From assembly GCA_963717525.1 (NCBI GenBank), contig OY970343.1:2080001-2144000 (forward strand): 64,000 nt of DNA. Direction: 5' to 3'. Position numbers and translations under genes: made by a program. This document shows positions 60,140-64,000 of the stretch, in pieces (position 1 is the stretch's first letter; every line of letters starts with the position of its first letter). The notes under the pieces are model-generated. The model had not been told where the DNA came from. It worked only from the letters and a program-made list of their open reading frames with translations, and made no database searches. The stretch comes from an uncultured Methanoregulaceae archaeon. GTDB taxonomy: Archaea > Halobacteriota > Methanomicrobia > Methanomicrobiales > Methanospirillaceae.

Positions 60140-61030
60140 GTGATCGCAGCAAGCAGCCTGACCAAGCGTTACGACGGATTTACCGCTCTTGACGAGGTGA
60201 GTTTTGCGTTTCCCGGCGCCGGGATCTTCGGGATCGTGGGACACAACGGGGCCGGCAAGACCACGCTGTTAAAGATCATCGCGGGGCTGGTCGCACCAAC
60301 CTCCGGCGAACTGTCAGTGAACGGGATCGATGTTGTCCACGATCCTGTGGCTCTCAAGGAGACTCTGGGCTACCTTCCCGAGGAGTCACGGCTCTACGAG
60401 ACGATGACCGCGGAGGACTATCTCGCGTTCTTCGGCGAGATCTACGGGATCGATAAAGAGGAGATCACCATCCGCACCCGCCGGCTCTTCACCGCCCTCT
60501 CTCTTGAGACCGGCGGGAAGAAGATGGGCGAGTTTAGCAAGGGCATGAAGCGCAAGACCGCGATCGCCCGCTCGCTCATCCACGACCCCTCGTTCCTGGT
60601 CTACGACGAGCCGACGAGCGGGCTCGACCCGATGACCTCACGTTTCATCGCTGGGTACTTAAAAAAACTTAAAAGTGAGGGCCGGACCATCGTGCTCTCG
60701 GCCCATAACCTGTACCAGGTCGAGGCTATCTGCGACCGGGTGATGATCCTCCGTCGCGGGAAGGTGGTGGCGCTGGGCACCATGGACGAGCTCCGCGAAC
60801 AGTTCGGCTCGATCACCTACACGATCTGGTTTGCCCACCCCGACCCTTCCCGCATCGACCGGAACACGGTACCCTACCGGCTGGATGACCGGGGACTTGC
60901 CTGCGATGCCGGGGATATGGCCGGCCTCAATGCGTGCTCTGCAGCGATCGCGGCTGCTGGCGGGAGAGTGGAACGGATCGAGTCCCGGTACCTGTCACTG
61001 GAAGAGATGCTCGTCGCGATCGGGGAGTAG
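60140..61030 (+). CDS. ABC transporter ATP-binding protein
   Basis: GHNGAGKTT, FSKGM signature, YDEPTSGLD, SAH. Confidence 0.95.
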   Translation: MIAASSLTKRYDGFTALDEVSFAFPGAGIFGIVGHNGAGKTTLLKIIAGLVAPTSGELSVNGIDVVHDPVALKETLGYLPEESRLYETMTAEDYLAFFGEIYGIDKEEITIRTRRLFTALSLETGGKKMGEFSKGMKRKTAIARSLIHDPSFLVYDEPTSGLDPMTSRFIAGYLKKLKSEGRTIVLSAHNLYQVEAICDRVMILRRGKVVALGTMDELREQFGSITYTIWFAHPDPSRIDRNTVPYRLDDRGLACDAGDMAGLNACSAAIAAAGGRVERIESRYLSLEEMLVAIGE

Positions 61031-61070
61031 GAAAAACGTTTTTTTATTCGCAGCCGGCAGCCGGGAGGTG

Positions 61071-62603
61071 TCATGCGATCCTGACTGCTGCGCCGCTGTT
61101 GCGTGCGGAGGTGACGAGCGTGGTTCCACCTCCGATTTCCTGAAGGTATGACTGCGCCGCCCTCTCGATATCCTGCATCCCCGTATCGCAGATGGCATAC
61201 AGGGTCGGGCCAAACGAACTCATACCGGCACCAGCAGCCCCGGCCGCCCTCATTGTTTCAAGGAGGCCGGGGACCTCCCGGGGCTGGAAGGAGAGCTCGA
61301 TCTTCTTGAACCCGAGCGACTGGATGGCATTGACGGATGTGCCAAACATGTCGAGATCCTTTTCGGCGATGCTGGGAAGCATCCGCATCAGCACCTCGTG
61401 GCAGAGCGTCCTGACCTCTTCGAGCGGGACCGGGCAGCAGGCCCGGAAGATCTCCTGCTCCCGCGTCCCACTCACCCCTTCCGGGAGCGCCGGGGTCGCA
61501 AGCAGGATACGCCAGTCCCGAGGAAAATCGTGACGCATCAGGACCGGCGGCGGCCGCACGCCTTTTGACGCGGAGGACGGCGCAAAGCCGGTCTTCTCGC
61601 AGCCCGGCCCGAACCGGTGGCCGCCGTCAACGATGAAACCCCCGTGATCGAATGCTGCCGTACCGATACCGGAGGTCCCGCCGCGCCCGGCCATCCGGGC
61701 GAGGTCTGACGTGGACAGGGTTGTGCCGAACAGTTCACAGCAGGCCCGGGCCGTTGCAAGCGCCAGCTGGGAACCGCTTCCGAGACCGCGGTGGGCAGGG
61801 AAGTGTTCACGTACCGTGATCGAGACGCTTCCACCGGCCCGGAGTGCAGCCAGCACATTCTTTGCACACTCCCGGACCAACGCCGCGGTCCGGCTGTCAC
61901 AGCCGCGGACTTCGAGGGTAGGGCTTGCCTGCGCCTCGAGAAGGACCGCGGGGTCGTCAAGCGTGATCCCTACCCCTCCGTCGACCCTTCCAAGGCTGCC
62001 ATTCATATCGAGCAGCGTAACATGGATACGCGATGGTGTTCGTACAATCACCCTGTGCTCGTCGAGGAACTGGCTGTACGGGAACTGCTCTTCAATGAAG
62101 ATGAGCGGCTCGCCGCCGTGGATAATCCGGTACTGGCGAGAGAGCAGCGGCTCGTTTTTACAGATGGAGAAGATCCTGTACATGTCACCTTTTGCCGGGG
62201 TTACCCGAGCGGTGAGGATCTCCCGCCGGGCTTCGATATGGTGGCGCTCGATGATCTTTCCGATGGGAATGTCAGCACGCATAAGATCGTCTCGGAACTC
62301 CGGTGCCAGCCGGGCAATGGGTGTCTGCGATTTCGCGTAGACCAGCACCTCACCGGTGGCAGCGTCAAGGAGCTCCACGACCCGGTGATTCACCGCATCG
62401 CCCGGTGCAACGCCGAGATGTTCTGCGGCATCGGCATCGGCTTTCACGACCTCCTGTTCGCGGGTCCGGACCGCAACCGAATGACCGGTCACTGATTCCA
62501 GCAGCTGCGTGACCGACCCATCGGTGCCAAGGAGAATTTTCTGGATCGGTGAGAGCCTGCCTACCTGACCCTCAATCTCGTAAAGACAGCGTGCGATATC
62601 CAT
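61071..62603 (-). CDS. mptG: Beta-ribofuranosylaminobenzene 5'-phosphate (RFAP) synthase with N-terminal chorismate-lyase-like (DUF98) domain
   Basis: N-domain LLGTDGSVTQLLE, DIPIG, LSRQY, IEEQF. C-domain (GHMP fold) PSRIH, HRGLGSGSQ, RGGTSGIG, GGFIVDGGH, GMSSFGP. Confidence 0.9.
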   Translation of the reverse strand: MDIARCLYEIEGQVGRLSPIQKILLGTDGSVTQLLESVTGHSVAVRTREQEVVKADADAAEHLGVAPGDAVNHRVVELLDAATGEVLVYAKSQTPIARLAPEFRDDLMRADIPIGKIIERHHIEARREILTARVTPAKGDMYRIFSICKNEPLLSRQYRIIHGGEPLIFIEEQFPYSQFLDEHRVIVRTPSRIHVTLLDMNGSLGRVDGGVGITLDDPAVLLEAQASPTLEVRGCDSRTAALVRECAKNVLAALRAGGSVSITVREHFPAHRGLGSGSQLALATARACCELFGTTLSTSDLARMAGRGGTSGIGTAAFDHGGFIVDGGHRFGPGCEKTGFAPSSASKGVRPPPVLMRHDFPRDWRILLATPALPEGVSGTREQEIFRACCPVPLEEVRTLCHEVLMRMLPSIAEKDLDMFGTSVNAIQSLGFKKIELSFQPREVPGLLETMRAAGAAGAGMSSFGPTLYAICDTGMQDIERAAQSYLQEIGGGTTLVTSARNSGAAVRIA

Positions 62604-62675
62604 CCACACAACCTCCGTGCCGGATCACATAAGGTTACGGATCCGGTGCCGGGCGTTACCGTGATGGTTGAGTGT

Positions 62676-63062
62676 TCAGCGGCGCGAGGGGGGCTGGTGT
62701 TTGCCTTTCCCGTTCCGGGAGGTCGCTGGTGCCGGAGCGTGCTGCACCTGTGCGCCGATCAGTTCAATGGCATCCGCGGTGAGCCGGCCTTTGAGGCCGA
62801 TCACGTCGCCGGCCCGGACCATGCTCACCTTTGCAGTGAGGACAAAACTTTCGCTGAAGAGATCGAGGCCGCCTTTTGAAAAATCGTCAAGCCCGATGGG
62901 GATACAGGGAACGTCGGACGGAGGCCTGCTGCTGACCGGGCAGACACAGAGGTCTCCGTTCTCCTTCGCCGAAACGACCACGGCGGGCCGGGTCTTTGCG
63001 CCGTGCCTCTCCTCAAACGGAACCGGGGCAAGGATCACGTCGCCCCGGACATAGCGTCCCAT
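62676..63062 (-). CDS. PemK/MazF family protein
   Basis: RGDVILAPVPF...KTRPAVVVS...VCPVSS. Confidence 0.8.
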   Translation of the reverse strand: MGRYVRGDVILAPVPFEERHGAKTRPAVVVSAKENGDLCVCPVSSRPPSDVPCIPIGLDDFSKGGLDLFSESFVLTAKVSMVRAGDVIGLKGRLTADAIELIGAQVQHAPAPATSRNGKGKHQPPSRR

Positions 63063-63227
63063 GCCCGGAATATCCGGCGTTTTGGGGCATAAGTCCATTG
63101 ATCGTTTTTCATGAGATCATCCTGTCCCGTTTCGCACCGGAGCGAAAGGAATGGCCGGGTTCTGGTAACAGGAAAACCCTTTACGTGCGGCAGCTGATGA
63201 TCGCATCAAATCGGAGGTGGTGGAAGA

Positions 63228-63827
63228 ATGCAGTTTGCAGATTGTGTGATGCAACGGTATGCAACGAAAAAGTTTGACGGCAGGACGATCCCCGAAGCAA
63301 AGGTGAACGAGCTGGTGGATCTGGTGCGGTTTGCACCGTCGGCGCTGAATGTCCAGCCCTGGAAGATCAAGGTGATAACGGACAAAAAAACAAAAGAAGC
63401 GCTCTGCCCGGCTTCCAACGACCAGGAGCAGATTACGACCTGTTCGCACCTGCTCGTTTTCTGTGCGGACGCGGATTACGACAGCCTGATCAAAAGGCTC
63501 GGGGCGCTGATGACCGCAAACCACATTCCCAAGGACGTGGTTGACAGGGTGACCGGCATGGCAGCACAGTTTGCCGCGAGCATGTCCAAAGAGCAGCAGG
63601 CCGCGTGGTCACAGGCGCAGACCTATCTTGCACTGGGAAACGCCCTGAACGGCGCAAAGTCGCTCGGCTTTGATTCCTGCCCGATGGGCGGGTTCAACCC
63701 GAAAGAATATTCGAGGATCCTCAGGATCCCGTCGCATCTTACGCCGGTGATGCTCTGCCCGATCGGGTACGCAGCGGACAAACCGGGGCTGAAGATCCGG
63801 CACGCCAGGGAAGAGATTGTGTTCTGA
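63228..63827 (+). CDS. Nitroreductase family NAD(P)H-dependent flavoprotein
   Basis: RYATKKFD, APSALNVQPW, DSCPMGGF, PIGY. GGAGGTGG SD. Confidence 0.93.
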   Translation: MQFADCVMQRYATKKFDGRTIPEAKVNELVDLVRFAPSALNVQPWKIKVITDKKTKEALCPASNDQEQITTCSHLLVFCADADYDSLIKRLGALMTANHIPKDVVDRVTGMAAQFAASMSKEQQAAWSQAQTYLALGNALNGAKSLGFDSCPMGGFNPKEYSRILRIPSHLTPVMLCPIGYAADKPGLKIRHAREEIVF

Positions 63828-63888
63828 ATGCGGGGAACCCTCGCATTTTCTTATTATTTGCTCGGTTACAGGGCCATACCTCCACCAA

Positions 63889-64000
63889 TCATTTCTTTGA
63901 TATCGACGAGAGCCAGGCCTGGGGTCCTTCGGCCCGGGTGCGGCTCTCGAAGACCGCCGGCCTGATGTAATTGATGGACCACCCGTTGCGGAAGCTGTCC
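63889..64000 (-). CDS. 3' end of a gene entering from outside the window, possibly a methyltransferase
   Basis: Open minus frame DSFRNGWSINYIRPAVFESRTRAEGPQAWLSSISKK*. The family call is only a resemblance. Confidence 0.5.
   Translation of the reverse strand, partial: DSFRNGWSINYIRPAVFESRTRAEGPQAWLSSISKK

Noticed and set aside
1..64000. CRISPR array, rRNA, SRP RNA, IS elements, inteins (atpA, infB, visible part of lonB)
   Set aside because: I saw no regularly spaced repeats, rRNA or 7S signatures, or transposase motifs, and protein lengths leave no room for inteins.

Overview
A GC-rich archaeal chromosomal segment from a methanogen. Gene content and order point to Methanomicrobiales, probably Methanoregula-like (inference). 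It is mostly core genome: lonB-tldD-pmbA-bofA-like, chromate transporter, two KaiC-like ATPases divergent from a type IV pilus ATPase/TadC pair, the complete A1Ao ATP synthase operon (H-I-K-E-C-F-A-B-D) followed by pgk, then rlmH, class II lysS, cupin PGI, nadE, RIO2, thiL, tfb, gar1, srp19, hypB, rps8e, rps6e, infB, three tRNAs (Ala-TGC, Ala-CGC, His-GTG), an ABC-2/PrsW module and a chorismate-lyase/RFAP-synthase fusion. I saw no CRISPR array, rRNA, transposase or integrase. Ten single-base frameshifts (nine apparent insertions, one deletion) hit nine genes, including core ones, and are most likely sequencing errors. The strongest leads are: two Cys-rich micro-ORFs missing from the ORF track (46424-46516 and 11525-11680), ORB-like boxes with G-strings and no cdc6 in the window (23760-24025), a palindrome-dense spacer between convergent genes (4130-4604), several intramembrane-proteolysis-related modules (BofA-like, PKD-M50 with HDxxH, ABC permease-PrsW fusion), and a K+ channel lacking the GYG filter coupled to a degenerate PP-loop protein.
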